NCBI GenBank assembly: GCA_036679605.1
Contig: JAZDCZ010000254.1
Location: forward strand, 64,001-128,000
From: Gemmatimonadota bacterium
GTDB lineage: Bacteria; Gemmatimonadota; Gemmatimonadetes; Gemmatimonadales; GWC2-71-9
Length of the DNA stretch: 64,000 nucleotides
Direction of reading: 5' to 3'
Shown piece by piece: positions 1 through 8,521 of the stretch (the first letter of the stretch is position 1; each line of letters starts with the position of its first letter). The notes beneath the pieces are model-generated. The model was not told the DNA's origin, did no database searches, and saw nothing but the letters and a program-made list of their open reading frames with translations. The position numbers and the translations under genes are program-made.

Positions 1-2609
1 AGTCCCGCGATTTGAGAGTTGCCGGCACCGAGCGCCATCCGAATGCCGAGTTCGCGCATGCGCTGAGTCACCGCATAGCTGAGCACTCCGAAGAGGCCGA
101 GACACGTGATGCCAGTGGCCAGAACCGCGAAGAAGACAACCATCAGCGCCCGAAATCTGCTGTCTAGGCTGCGCTCGGCGACGATCTGCTCCACTGTACG
201 GATCTGCGTTACTTCGATCTCGTTGGGGTCAACGGCCACGATCTCGCGACGCAGCACGTTCGCCAACCCGGCTGGATCCGCCGCCGTGCGTACAAAGAGA
301 TCCGTGCCGCCCGTACCGGCGAGATAGTACGCGGGGATTGGTTCGCGGCCGAGCGAGTTCCTGACGTCCCGCACTACCCCAATCACCTCGAACGGGACCG
401 GTACGGGATACCGCTGATCATATTGCTCGCTATACCGCACGACGCCGAGCGATTGGGCGACGACGTCCGGATCTTGGATGCCCCAGTAGAAGATCTTGCC
501 TAGCGGACTCTCGTCAGGCCAAAACGTCCGCGCAAAGCCCGTACTGATCACAACCGATCGGGGAACCAATTGCCAAGAATGGTCGAGCGAATCCCTGGGG
601 GCCGGCTGGGTCGTGAATCTTGCATCCCCCTGCCCAGCGTCGAACGTGCGACCCGCGAGGACCTGGATGCCTAGTGCTCTAAAGAACCCGGGTGACACGC
701 GTCTCGCATCAACCCGAATAAGCTTATCCGCCTCCGACCGCGGGCGGGCGGCCATCGTCACGTCTTCGCCGAAGGGCTCACGCCCCGACAATGGCACGAA
801 CCTCGAACGAGCGAAGGCTGTGACACCGGGTATCGCCTCGACGCGGTCCCTCAGCAGGTGAAACAGCTCGGTTTGGCCCGCAGGTCCCCTGTACTTGGAT
901 AGTTGAGGATGCGGCATCCGGATGTTGACGTGGAGAACCCGCTCGGTCCCAATACCCGTGTCGACTCTGACAAGGTTCCAAAAACTCTGGAGCATGAGAC
1001 CAGCCCCGGCGAGCAACACCAGTGACAGGGCTACTTCCGCGGTCACCAGCGCGCGGAGGGACCGTGTCCGGGCAAGCGTGGCGCCTCGACCTCCGGCCTT
1101 GAGTACCTCGGAAGAGTGGCGCCGGGCCCCCCGCACCGCGGGCCACAAGCCCACCAGCAGCACGGTGGCCAGCGATACACTCAACGTGAACCCAAGCACG
1201 CCGACGTCGAGACTGACTTCGTCCAGTCGATGTACCCCAGCCGGTGTGAGGATCTTGAGCGCAGCGATCCCCCAATACGCCAACAACACACCCAGGACAC
1301 CCGCGGCCCCGGCGAGAACTGTTGCCTCGGTGAGCAACTGACTGAAGATGCGGCGGGCTCCGGCGCCCAGTGCCGCACGCACCGCAAGCTCTCGCTCCCG
1401 AGCTACCCCCCACCCCAACAGAAGGCTCGAAACGCTGGCGCAGGCTACGAGCAACACCAAAGCCGTGGCTGCCCAAAGGAAACCCAGTGCCACAGCGTAC
1501 TGCCGACGCAACAATTTTCCAACTGGAACGACCGTCACCTCGACGCCCGTCTGGGTTTCGGGAGCGCTCTCGGCGATACCCGCGGCAATGGCTTGCAGAT
1601 TCGCTCGCGCCTGTTCGACGGTCACTTCGTCACGCAGCTGGGCGAGGGTACGAATCGAGTACATCCCGCGATTGCCTCGTCCCCAGGACCATAGCCCCAT
1701 GGGCAGGACGACCTCAGGTTCCCGCCACACCCCGTAGCCGGCCCCCATACGCAGCGTCGGAATCCGGAAATCAGGCGGTAGCACCCCTATGATCTCGTAT
1801 TCTGCCAGTTTCCAACCCCTGTTGAACCGCTGCAGGGGAATCGTTTGCCCGATAACCTCCACCCCGCCGAACTCGCGCAGCCAGTACGCGTGAGTCAGTA
1901 AGACGACTGTGCCGACCCCTTCGAAATCCTCTTCCCTCAGGAAGGTTCGACCGCGGGTGGGCACCACGCCCATCATGTCGAATAAGTCTGCGGAGGCAAA
2001 GAAACCACGAAGTTGTCCGACGCGACCCTCGCTCACGATGCTCCACCGTTGCCCCCTAACCCCAGCGACATGCGAGAATACTTCGTTCAGGCTCTCGTAG
2101 TCTCGGAAACTGGGCTGCGACATCGCCTTCTCGATGTCCCGTGGTCGGTTGGGCTGCTGGTCCCAAAACTGCACTACTCGATCGGGAGCCTTGAATGGCA
2201 GGGGACCCAAGACAACCGTTTTGATCACGCCGAACATGGCGGCGTTGGCCCCGATACCCAGGGCCAGCGTGAGCACCGCGGCGACGGTGAATCCGGGTCT
2301 GCGGCGCAGGGCGCGGACGGCGGAGTGGAGATCCTGGAGGGAGGAGTCTATGATGCTCCGTCGCGATCGCCGCCGGGATACCGACGACTGGATAGCATGG
2401 CGCTCCGCGACCCACCCACGCACAACTACGCCGAGAACGTCGATCACCGCGCGGAATCGGTACCTTAGTACAGCTACGCGCCCGGCCCTCTTACGCTCCT
2501 CTGTGAGGCGTTCCTCGAGCACGCCGGCTATCTCGTCGCGGTAGGTGTGGCGCAGGTCGCGGGGCAACTGGCGCCAGAGCCAGCCGAGCCGTCTCTTCGG
2601 GCCGCTCAT
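1..2609 (-). CDS. ABC-type permease, MacB/FtsX duplicated (ADOP family); 3' end runs off the window
   Basis: Absent from the ORF track because no stop lies in the window. ATG at 2609 overlaps the PadR stop (ATGA). It reads MSGPKRRLGWLWRQLPRDLRHTYRDEI...SSLQDLH... and is in the same frame at the left edge (RELGIRMALGAGNSQIAG). Close paralog of 4052..6916. Confidence 0.9.
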   Translation of the reverse strand, partial: MSGPKRRLGWLWRQLPRDLRHTYRDEIAGVLEERLTEERKRAGRVAVLRYRFRAVIDVLGVVVRGWVAERHAIQSSVSRRRSRRSIIDSSLQDLHSAVRALRRRPGFTVAAVLTLALGIGANAAMFGVIKTVVLGPLPFKAPDRVVQFWDQQPNRPRDIEKAMSQPSFRDYESLNEVFSHVAGVRGQRWSIVSEGRVGQLRGFFASADLFDMMGVVPTRGRTFLREEDFEGVGTVVLLTHAYWLREFGGVEVIGQTIPLQRFNRGWKLAEYEIIGVLPPDFRIPTLRMGAGYGVWREPEVVLPMGLWSWGRGNRGMYSIRTLAQLRDEVTVEQARANLQAIAAGIAESAPETQTGVEVTVVPVGKLLRRQYAVALGFLWAATALVLLVACASVSSLLLGWGVARERELAVRAALGAGARRIFSQLLTEATVLAGAAGVLGVLLAYWGIAALKILTPAGVHRLDEVSLDVGVLGFTLSVSLATVLLVGLWPAVRGARRHSSEVLKAGGRGATLARTRSLRALVTAEVALSLVLLAGAGLMLQSFWNLVRVDTGIGTERVLHVNIRMPHPQLSKYRGPAGQTELFHLLRDRVEAIPGVTAFARSRFVPLSGREPFGEDVTMAARPRSEADKLIRVDARRVSPGFFRALGIQVLAGRTFDAGQGDARFTTQPAPRDSLDHSWQLVPRSVVISTGFARTFWPDESPLGKIFYWGIQDPDVVAQSLGVVRYSEQYDQRYPVPVPFEVIGVVRDVRNSLGREPIPAYYLAGTGGTDLFVRTAADPAGLANVLRREIVAVDPNEIEVTQIRTVEQIVAERSLDSRFRALMVVFFAVLATGITCLGLFGVLSYAVTQRMRELGIRMALGAGNSQIAG

Positions 2610-2971
2610 GACCGCCCCGCCACATCGACCAGACCGGCCTTTCGGAGATCGAACGCCACGCTGGCCACACGATTCGCTTCGGCCTTGAGCGCGTCCCGGC
2701 CAAGATCGGTGAGCCGAAAATAGCGACGACGCTTGTCATCTCGATCGACGCCCATTGGCGCGTCGGATTGCTCAATCAAACGCCGTTTCTCTAGTGCCGT
2801 GATGGATTCGTAAAGCGAAGCGGGGCCAATGGATACGTGGCCCCGGCCGAGTTCCTCGGCCATCCGCAGCAGGCGGTATCCGTGTTGGGGGCCCTCGTCG
2901 AGGGCCCACAGAATCAGGAGCACCCTGGGGGTCAGGGGCAGTAGGGACGAAACGTCAGGCTGGCGTGTCAT
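2606..2971 (-). CDS. PadR family transcriptional regulator
   Basis: LLILWALDEGPQHGYRL...GPASLYESITALEKRRLI...RRRYFRLTDLGR. ATG at 2971 follows a GGAGGAG SD; the track start at 3025 is probably too long. Confidence 0.9.
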   Translation of the reverse strand: MTRQPDVSSLLPLTPRVLLILWALDEGPQHGYRLLRMAEELGRGHVSIGPASLYESITALEKRRLIEQSDAPMGVDRDDKRRRYFRLTDLGRDALKAEANRVASVAFDLRKAGLVDVAGRS

Positions 2972-2982
2972 TGAACCACTCC

Positions 2983-3025
2983 TCCGGTATCCGGAATAGT
3001 GTTGCCTCTGAACGGTCCGTGTCAA
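2983..3025 (-). promoter_or_regulatory. Putative promoter (TTGACA-N18-CACTAT) and inverted-repeat operator TCCGG-N3-CCGGA for padR
   Basis: The inverted repeat at 2983-2995 overlaps the SD; a perfect -35 TTGACA lies on the minus strand at 3025-3020. Confidence 0.5.
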
Positions 3026-3084
3026 GATCTAGCTGCTGCCAGCAAGCCCTGTAGCATTACTCGAGATGCAGTGGACATGCTAGT

Positions 3085-3104
3085 TGATAGCTAATCAGCT
3101 ATCA
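3085..3104 (+). promoter_or_regulatory. Operator palindrome TGATAGCT-aatc-AGCTATCA overlapping a -10 box (TATCAT)
   Basis: Perfect 8-bp inverted repeat ending 6 nt before the HTH gene ATG at 3111. Confidence 0.65.
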
Positions 3105-3110
3105 TACAAT

Positions 3111-3431
3111 ATGCCCAAAGACATAGCCGCTATCGTGCGTGATGCCCGATCCAGGACCCAGTTGAGTCAGCGCGAACTCGCACGCCGCGCCGGGACCGCG
3201 CAGTCCGTAATTGCACGCGTCGAACTCGGCCAGACGAGTCCGACCTGGGAGACACTTACTCGGATTCTCGCTGCGGCGGGATTCGATCTCGACGCCAAGC
3301 TAACCGTCAGCCCTATTGTCGGGTCGCACATGCTCGACGATGTAGCTCGGATCATGAGTCTCAAACCGGTGCAGAGGCTGGAAGAGATCGCAAATGCCTG
3401 CCGGTTTGCCGCCGCGGTGAGGCGTGTCTAG
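3111..3431 (+). CDS. XRE/Cro HTH protein, putative antitoxin/autorepressor
   Basis: LSQRELARRAGTAQSVIARVELGQTSPTWETLTRIL is an HTH_XRE motif; overlaps the next gene. Confidence 0.85.
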   Translation: MPKDIAAIVRDARSRTQLSQRELARRAGTAQSVIARVELGQTSPTWETLTRILAAAGFDLDAKLTVSPIVGSHMLDDVARIMSLKPVQRLEEIANACRFAAAVRRV

Positions 3432-3930
3432 TCCAGCACCGCTCAATCCGGAGCTTCTGTTCACTACGCTCGCTCGTCACGAGGTTCAATACGTCCTCAT
3501 CGGCGCGGTTGCCGCGCGTTTGCAAGGATTTCCCCGAATGACGGCCGATGCCGACATCACCCCCTCCCGCGATCGGGAGAACCTCGAACGCGTGGCCGTT
3601 GCACTGAGGGAACTCGACGCGCGGATCTATACCGAGACCGTTCCAGAGGGGCTGGCGTTTGACTGCAGTGCCACCATGCTGGAACGCGGAGAACTGTGGA
3701 ACCTGGTAACCTCGGCCGGCCGGTTGGACGTGGCGTTCATGCCGTCGGGCACCGAGGGGTTCGAAGACTTGGTTGTTGGCGCCATCCGGTTCGAGGTGTA
3801 CGGCATCGAATTGCTGGCGGCGAGCCTAGAGGACATCGTGCGATCCAAGGAAGCTGCCGACCGGCCGCAAGACCGCCAAGATGTGGTAATCATCCGGGAG
3901 ATGCTGCGGAGGGAACAGGGCTTGACCTGA
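3424..3930 (+). CDS. Pol-beta superfamily nucleotidyltransferase (AbiEii/DUF6036-like), putative toxin
   Basis: YVLIGAVAARLQG..RMTADAD, RLDV and a C-terminal SKEAADRPQDRQD motif. Confidence 0.75.
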   Translation: MSSPAPLNPELLFTTLARHEVQYVLIGAVAARLQGFPRMTADADITPSRDRENLERVAVALRELDARIYTETVPEGLAFDCSATMLERGELWNLVTSAGRLDVAFMPSGTEGFEDLVVGAIRFEVYGIELLAASLEDIVRSKEAADRPQDRQDVVIIREMLRREQGLT

Positions 3931-3982
3931 GATGCAAATCGAGACCACGGCCAACCTCTCCAGAACGGGCTAAGAGCCTTTG

Positions 3983-4041
3983 GTGTTGCGAGGCCCGTGC
4001 TTCAAGGCGGGACTCACGACACGGCCCGTCGCCAAGGCGAC
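3983..4041. terminator. GC-rich hairpins between convergent genes
   Basis: Imperfect stem GTGTTG-C-GAG-G-CCCG...CGGG-A-CTC-A-CGACAC, then GTCGCC-AA-GGCGAC; no U-tract. Confidence 0.3.
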
Positions 4042-4051
4042 CCGCTCCACC

Positions 4052-6916
4052 TTACTCCTGCCGCAACGCCTCGATGGGGTCGACACGCATCGCGCGCCGA
4101 GCTGGGAGATACGCGGCGAGCAGGGCAACCGCGAAGATCAACGCAGCCACCCCAGCCAAGGTCAGCGGATCCAGCGGCGCGACCCCAAACAACAGACTCG
4201 AGACGTAGCGCGTCACCCAAAACACCAGTACGAAGCCCAGCGCGACCCCCAACCCGACCATTCGAGCCCCTTGGCCGAGGACGAGTCCCGCGATTTGAGA
4301 GTTGCCGGCACCGAGCGCCATCCGAATGCCGAGTTCGCGCGTGCGCTGAGTCACCGCATAGGCGAGTACCCCGAAGAGCCCGAGGCACGTGATGCCCGTG
4401 GCCAGAACGGCGAAGAGAACGACCAGCATCGCCCTGAATCTGCTGTCCGCGCTTTGCTCTGTGACCATCTGGTCGATCGTACGGATCTGCGTTACCTCGA
4501 TCTCGTTCGGGTCGACGGCCACGATTTCGCGACGCAACACTTCCAGCATTGCCTCCGGCTCCACCGAAGTGCGAACGTAGAGGTTCTCGCCATAAGGGTT
4601 CTCGACATAATACGCGGGCAGGGGTTCGTCTCCGAGCGTCATCTGTACGTCCTGCGCCACCCCGATTACCTCGCGCCCTACCCTGAACCAATTGGGTTGT
4701 GACTGTTGATCGAGTTGCTCGCCCCGTCGGATCTTACCCAGCGTCTGGGCGATAACCTCCGGGTCCTGATCGCCCGGGAAGAAGATCTTGCCCAACGCGC
4801 TCTCGCCCGGCCAAAACTTCCGGGCCATTGCCGCATTGATCACGACCGGGCAGCAGTTAAATACCCAGGAAAGGTCAGGCGGGTCGGTCGGTGAAGGCCT
4901 TGGGGCCGCCAATGCCGCCCTCCGTGCGTCCACGTCCCAAGTGCGACCCTCGATAAGCTGGACGCCCATTGCGCGAAAATATCCCGGTGATACGAATCTC
5001 CAATGGGCCACCGGGCGTTGGCCCTCCTCGGGTCGAGGCCGGTCGGGCAACGTGACGACGCCCCCACTCGGCTCCACTCCGGATAATGGCGTAGACCCGG
5101 CTTGCCCTGTAGCGTATGCCGTCACACCGGGAATCGACTCAACTCGGTCCCGGAGCAGGGCAATCAGTTCGAGTATCCCTTCTCCACGGTATTTCGAAAA
5201 TTGGCCAGGGGTTCTGTTGATGGTGACGTGGACGACCCGCTCGCCAACCCCGGTTTCGACTCCTACGAGGTTCCAAAAGCTCTGTAGCATGAGACCAGCA
5301 CCAGCCAGCAAGACCAACGACAGGGCAACCTCGACGGTGACCAGTACGCGAAGTGAATGGGTGCGGGCAAGCGTGGCGCCTCGACCTCCGGCCTTGAGTA
5401 CCTCAGACGATTCGCGCCGGGCACCACGCGCGGCTGGCCACAGGCCCACCAGCAGCACGCTTGCCAGCGATATACCCACCGCAAACGCCAGCACTCCCAG
5501 ATCGAGACTGACCTGGTCTAACCTGTGCACGCCATCCGGTGTGAAAATCTTTAGTGCTGCGATACCCCAATACGCCAGCAACACGCCCAAGACACACGCC
5601 ATACCCGCGAGTACTGTGGCCTCGGTCAGCAACTGACTGAAGATGCGTCTTGCTCCAGCGCCAAGTGCCGCACGCACAGCTAGTTCCCGCTCCCGGGCCA
5701 CGCCCCAACCCAGCAGCAGGCTCGAAACGCTGGCACAGGCAACTAGCAACACCAGAGCGGTGGCCGCCCAGAGAAAGCCCAATGCCACCCCGTATTCCTG
5801 TCGCAACAGGTCTCCAACCGAAAAGACCGTCACCTCGATACCCGCATCGGTTTCGGGAGCGATCTCGGCGATCCCGTCCGCAATGGCTTGCAGATTTGTC
5901 CGTGCCTGCTCGACGGTCACCCCCTCCCGCAGTTGGGCGAGGGTGCGAATAGACCCCCAACCACGCCAGTTGTGCAGGAACTCCCCCATATCGAGCCCGA
6001 AGGGTAAAAACACCTGGGGTTCCGGCAACACCGCGTAGTCTGCCCCTATGCGCAGCGGCGGCATCCTGAATTCCGGTGCCAGCACACCGACGACCTCGTA
6101 TTCCGCCAGATGGTACCCGCCCCCCCTCTGGACAAAACGCCGCAGGGCAATTGTTTGTCCGATTACATCCTCACCACCCAATTCGCGCAGCCAGTACCCG
6201 TGGCTGAGCAAGACAACGTTGCCGGCGCCATCAAGGTCCTCGTCGGCCCGAAACGTGCGACCGCGAAACGGCGCAACTCCCATCATCGTGAACAGATCGG
6301 CGGAAACGTAAGCAGCCGGTATATAGGTAAAGCGGTCCTCCCTTCCGCTGAGCACGCCGCCGCCGGTGTACATGATGGCGGCAAAGTGCGAGAAGACTTC
6401 GTTCCGGCTGTCGTACTCGCGGAAATTGGGCTGCGGTATCAACAACTCTTCGTCCAGCGGACCGGGTCGAGCGTTAGAGTGGTCCCACAGTTGCACCACC
6501 CTATCGGGAGCCTTGAATGGCAGCGGACCCAGGACGACCGTCTTGATCACGCCGAACATGGCGGCATTGGCCCCGATGCCCAGGGCCAGCGTGAGCACCG
6601 CCGCGACGGTGAAGCTGGGTCTGCGACGCAGGGCTCTTACGGCGGAGTGGAGATCCTGAAGGGAGGAGTCCATGATGCTCCGCCGCGATCGCCGCCGGGA
6701 AACCGACGACTGGATAGCAACGCACTCGGTCCGGATCTCCTCGAGATCCCCGAATCGGTTGACTGCCTCGTCCTGGGCGTCCGTGGGGCTCAGCGGCCCA
6801 GCTTCGAGATCCCTGGCCTTCATGTGGAGGTGAAACTGGAGTTCGTCGTCGATGTCGTGCTTAACATCGACATGCTGCCGACGAAAGATGCGCTTGAAGC
6901 CGGGCATCAGAGACAC
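4052..6916 (-). CDS. ABC-type permease, MacB/FtsX duplicated (ADOP family) with N-terminal permease-prefix/HAAS-like domain
   Basis: DIDDELQFHL...NRFGD prefix; AVLTLALGIGANAAMF; RERELAVRAALGA; RTRELGIRMALGA; PARRAMRVDPIEALRQE. No ATPase gene adjacent in the window. Confidence 0.92.
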   Translation of the reverse strand: MSLMPGFKRIFRRQHVDVKHDIDDELQFHLHMKARDLEAGPLSPTDAQDEAVNRFGDLEEIRTECVAIQSSVSRRRSRRSIMDSSLQDLHSAVRALRRRPSFTVAAVLTLALGIGANAAMFGVIKTVVLGPLPFKAPDRVVQLWDHSNARPGPLDEELLIPQPNFREYDSRNEVFSHFAAIMYTGGGVLSGREDRFTYIPAAYVSADLFTMMGVAPFRGRTFRADEDLDGAGNVVLLSHGYWLRELGGEDVIGQTIALRRFVQRGGGYHLAEYEVVGVLAPEFRMPPLRIGADYAVLPEPQVFLPFGLDMGEFLHNWRGWGSIRTLAQLREGVTVEQARTNLQAIADGIAEIAPETDAGIEVTVFSVGDLLRQEYGVALGFLWAATALVLLVACASVSSLLLGWGVARERELAVRAALGAGARRIFSQLLTEATVLAGMACVLGVLLAYWGIAALKIFTPDGVHRLDQVSLDLGVLAFAVGISLASVLLVGLWPAARGARRESSEVLKAGGRGATLARTHSLRVLVTVEVALSLVLLAGAGLMLQSFWNLVGVETGVGERVVHVTINRTPGQFSKYRGEGILELIALLRDRVESIPGVTAYATGQAGSTPLSGVEPSGGVVTLPDRPRPEEGQRPVAHWRFVSPGYFRAMGVQLIEGRTWDVDARRAALAAPRPSPTDPPDLSWVFNCCPVVINAAMARKFWPGESALGKIFFPGDQDPEVIAQTLGKIRRGEQLDQQSQPNWFRVGREVIGVAQDVQMTLGDEPLPAYYVENPYGENLYVRTSVEPEAMLEVLRREIVAVDPNEIEVTQIRTIDQMVTEQSADSRFRAMLVVLFAVLATGITCLGLFGVLAYAVTQRTRELGIRMALGAGNSQIAGLVLGQGARMVGLGVALGFVLVFWVTRYVSSLLFGVAPLDPLTLAGVAALIFAVALLAAYLPARRAMRVDPIEALRQE

Positions 6917-6920
6917 GGGC

Positions 6921-7259
6921 CTATGCCTCCTTCAAATTGAGCACCGTCTCCACCGCCTTGGCAGACCTCCTCCACCGGGCCGTCTCGGTCTCGAGGCGTT
7001 TGCGACCGGCGGGCGTCAGATCGTAGAACTTGGCACGGCGGCCGGTATCATTTCGCCCCCACTCGGCCTTGAGATACCCCTCTTTCTCGAGACGGTGGAG
7101 CGCTGGGTACAGCACTCCCTCATCAACGCGGAGTACCTCCTCCGTGCGCTCCAGCACCCATTTACTGATCGCGTATCCGTGAAGCGGGCCCCACGTCAGC
7201 GACTTGAGGATGAGGACGTTAAGGGTGCCGGGAATGAGCTTGTCACGCAGTTCGGCCAT
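6921..7259 (-). CDS. PadR family transcriptional regulator (ADOP-associated type)
   Basis: GTLNVLILKSLTWGPLHGYAI...EGVLYPALHRLEKEGYLKAEWG...RRAKFYDLTPAGRKRL. Confidence 0.93.
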   Translation of the reverse strand: MAELRDKLIPGTLNVLILKSLTWGPLHGYAISKWVLERTEEVLRVDEGVLYPALHRLEKEGYLKAEWGRNDTGRRAKFYDLTPAGRKRLETETARWRRSAKAVETVLNLKEA

Positions 7260-7265
7260 GCTCCC

Positions 7266-7294
7266 ATGATACCTATGTTACCAATGTAACGCAA
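7266..7294 (-). promoter_or_regulatory. Sigma70-type promoter TTGCGT-N17-TATCAT with operator GTTAC-N4-GTAAC in the spacer
   Basis: The -10 box ends 6 nt before the padR ATG; the palindrome spans 7277-7290. Confidence 0.65.
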
Positions 7295-7369
7295 GCGCAG
7301 TAGGTGGCTGCCCAACCCTTTTGGTGCTGAGCACCATGATCGGAGCGGCGGCGCCGAGAACGGCCGGAC

Positions 7370-7410
7370 TTGCTCAAAGCCAGCCGAGTCTATATTCTCA
7401 TATATGAGAA
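7370..7410 (+). promoter_or_regulatory. Promoter TTGCTC-N17-TATTCT and perfect 16-bp palindrome TTCTCATATATGAGAA spanning the start codon
   Basis: The palindrome at 7395-7410 contains the ATG at 7404. Confidence 0.65.
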
Positions 7411-7904
7411 CTATATCTGGGAGCACCGGTCCCCTCGTGGGTCCCCGTCTGAGGGCCTTGCGCCGGCGTAATAGACTATCCCTCAAGGAGTTGGCGGAGA
7501 AGATCGGCAGCAGCGTCTCGGCGATCCATCGCTACGAGAGCGGCTGGGGGCGATTCGAGCTGCGCACCCTGCAGCGTCTAGCCGCCGCGCTCGATGCCCG
7601 GCTGGACATCCGGCTCGAGCCGCTTCATCCTGAAAGCTCCGATGGCCGTGCATCGCCGGCTCAACTCGTCCGGACCCTGCGGTCGCTCTTCTGGGACGTC
7701 GAGCTGAAGCCCGAACACCTGGACGATAATCCGCAATGGGTCCTGCGCCGGGTTCTGCGATTCGGCGATTGGCATGCCGTGCGACAGGCACGAATGCATT
7801 TCGGCGACGATGCGGTCCGTGACGCGGCAGCCCACCGTTCCATGGATGCCCGTACCCGCCGGCTGTGGCAGGTGATCCTGGGTCCGACCCGGGACCAGCC
7901 ATGA
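7404..7904 (+). CDS. XRE HTH fused to a DUF6922-like domain, putative type IV antitoxin
   Basis: LSLKELAEKIGSSVSAIHRYESG HTH; C-terminal SLFWDV...QWVLRRVLRFGDW motif. Confidence 0.8.
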   Translation: MRTISGSTGPLVGPRLRALRRRNRLSLKELAEKIGSSVSAIHRYESGWGRFELRTLQRLAAALDARLDIRLEPLHPESSDGRASPAQLVRTLRSLFWDVELKPEHLDDNPQWVLRRVLRFGDWHAVRQARMHFGDDAVRDAAAHRSMDARTRRLWQVILGPTRDQP

Positions 7905-8521
7905 ATCCGCGCGTCCTGCCCCAGGAGGCCTGGAAGCTCGTGCGCCAGCTCGACGGGGCGGTACTGCTTGAGCCCTGGATCCTCGCGGAGGGAACCGGCT
8001 TGGCCTTGCAGCTCGGTCACCGAGTCTCCATCGATCTCGATTTCTTCATCGAAGACAGGTTCGACGTCGGCGCGTTGCGGAGATCACTCGCCGATCTCGG
8101 CGCACTGGAAATCCAATACCAAGACGAGAACACGCTGCATGTCCGACTGAACGAGATTCGCCTGAGCTATCTGTTTTCGGAAGCACCGTTTCTTTGTCCG
8201 CCCCTCGAATATCGCGGCCTGCGATTGGCGGATCCTCGGGACATCGCCGCGATGAAGATCATCGCCATCGCCGGGCGGGGAAGCCGCAAGGATTTCGTCG
8301 ACCTGTACGCCTATCTAGAGGCTGGCGGTGATTTCCCGGGATTGATGGAAATTGTTCGACGTCGCCATACGAACGTCTCGTTCAACGAGATCCATCTGCT
8401 CCGGAGCCTGGTCTACTTCGAGGATGCCGAGCAGGAGCCGATGCCGCGGATGCTCCACAAGGTCGACTGGCCGGAGATTCGGGCTCGACTCGAGGAAGAG
8501 GTTCGGCGTTGGGCGCCTTAG
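7901..8521 (+). CDS. AbiEii/AbiGii-family nucleotidyltransferase toxin
   Basis: WILAEGTGLALQLGHRVSIDLDFF, DIAAMKIIAIAGRGSRKDFVDLY, SLVYFEDAE; ATGA overlap with the upstream gene. Confidence 0.85.
   Translation: MNPRVLPQEAWKLVRQLDGAVLLEPWILAEGTGLALQLGHRVSIDLDFFIEDRFDVGALRRSLADLGALEIQYQDENTLHVRLNEIRLSYLFSEAPFLCPPLEYRGLRLADPRDIAAMKIIAIAGRGSRKDFVDLYAYLEAGGDFPGLMEIVRRRHTNVSFNEIHLLRSLVYFEDAEQEPMPRMLHKVDWPEIRARLEEEVRRWAP

Noticed and set aside
106..2544. Many plus-strand and alternate-frame ORFs over the first permease (similarly over 4014-6940)
   Set aside because: Antisense or shadow ORFs of a GC-rich gene; they recur in both copies only because the permease is duplicated.
3930..4052. Possible integron attC site between cassette-like genes
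   Set aside because: No convincing RYYYAAC/GTTRRRY box pair, the genes alternate in orientation, and no integrase is present.
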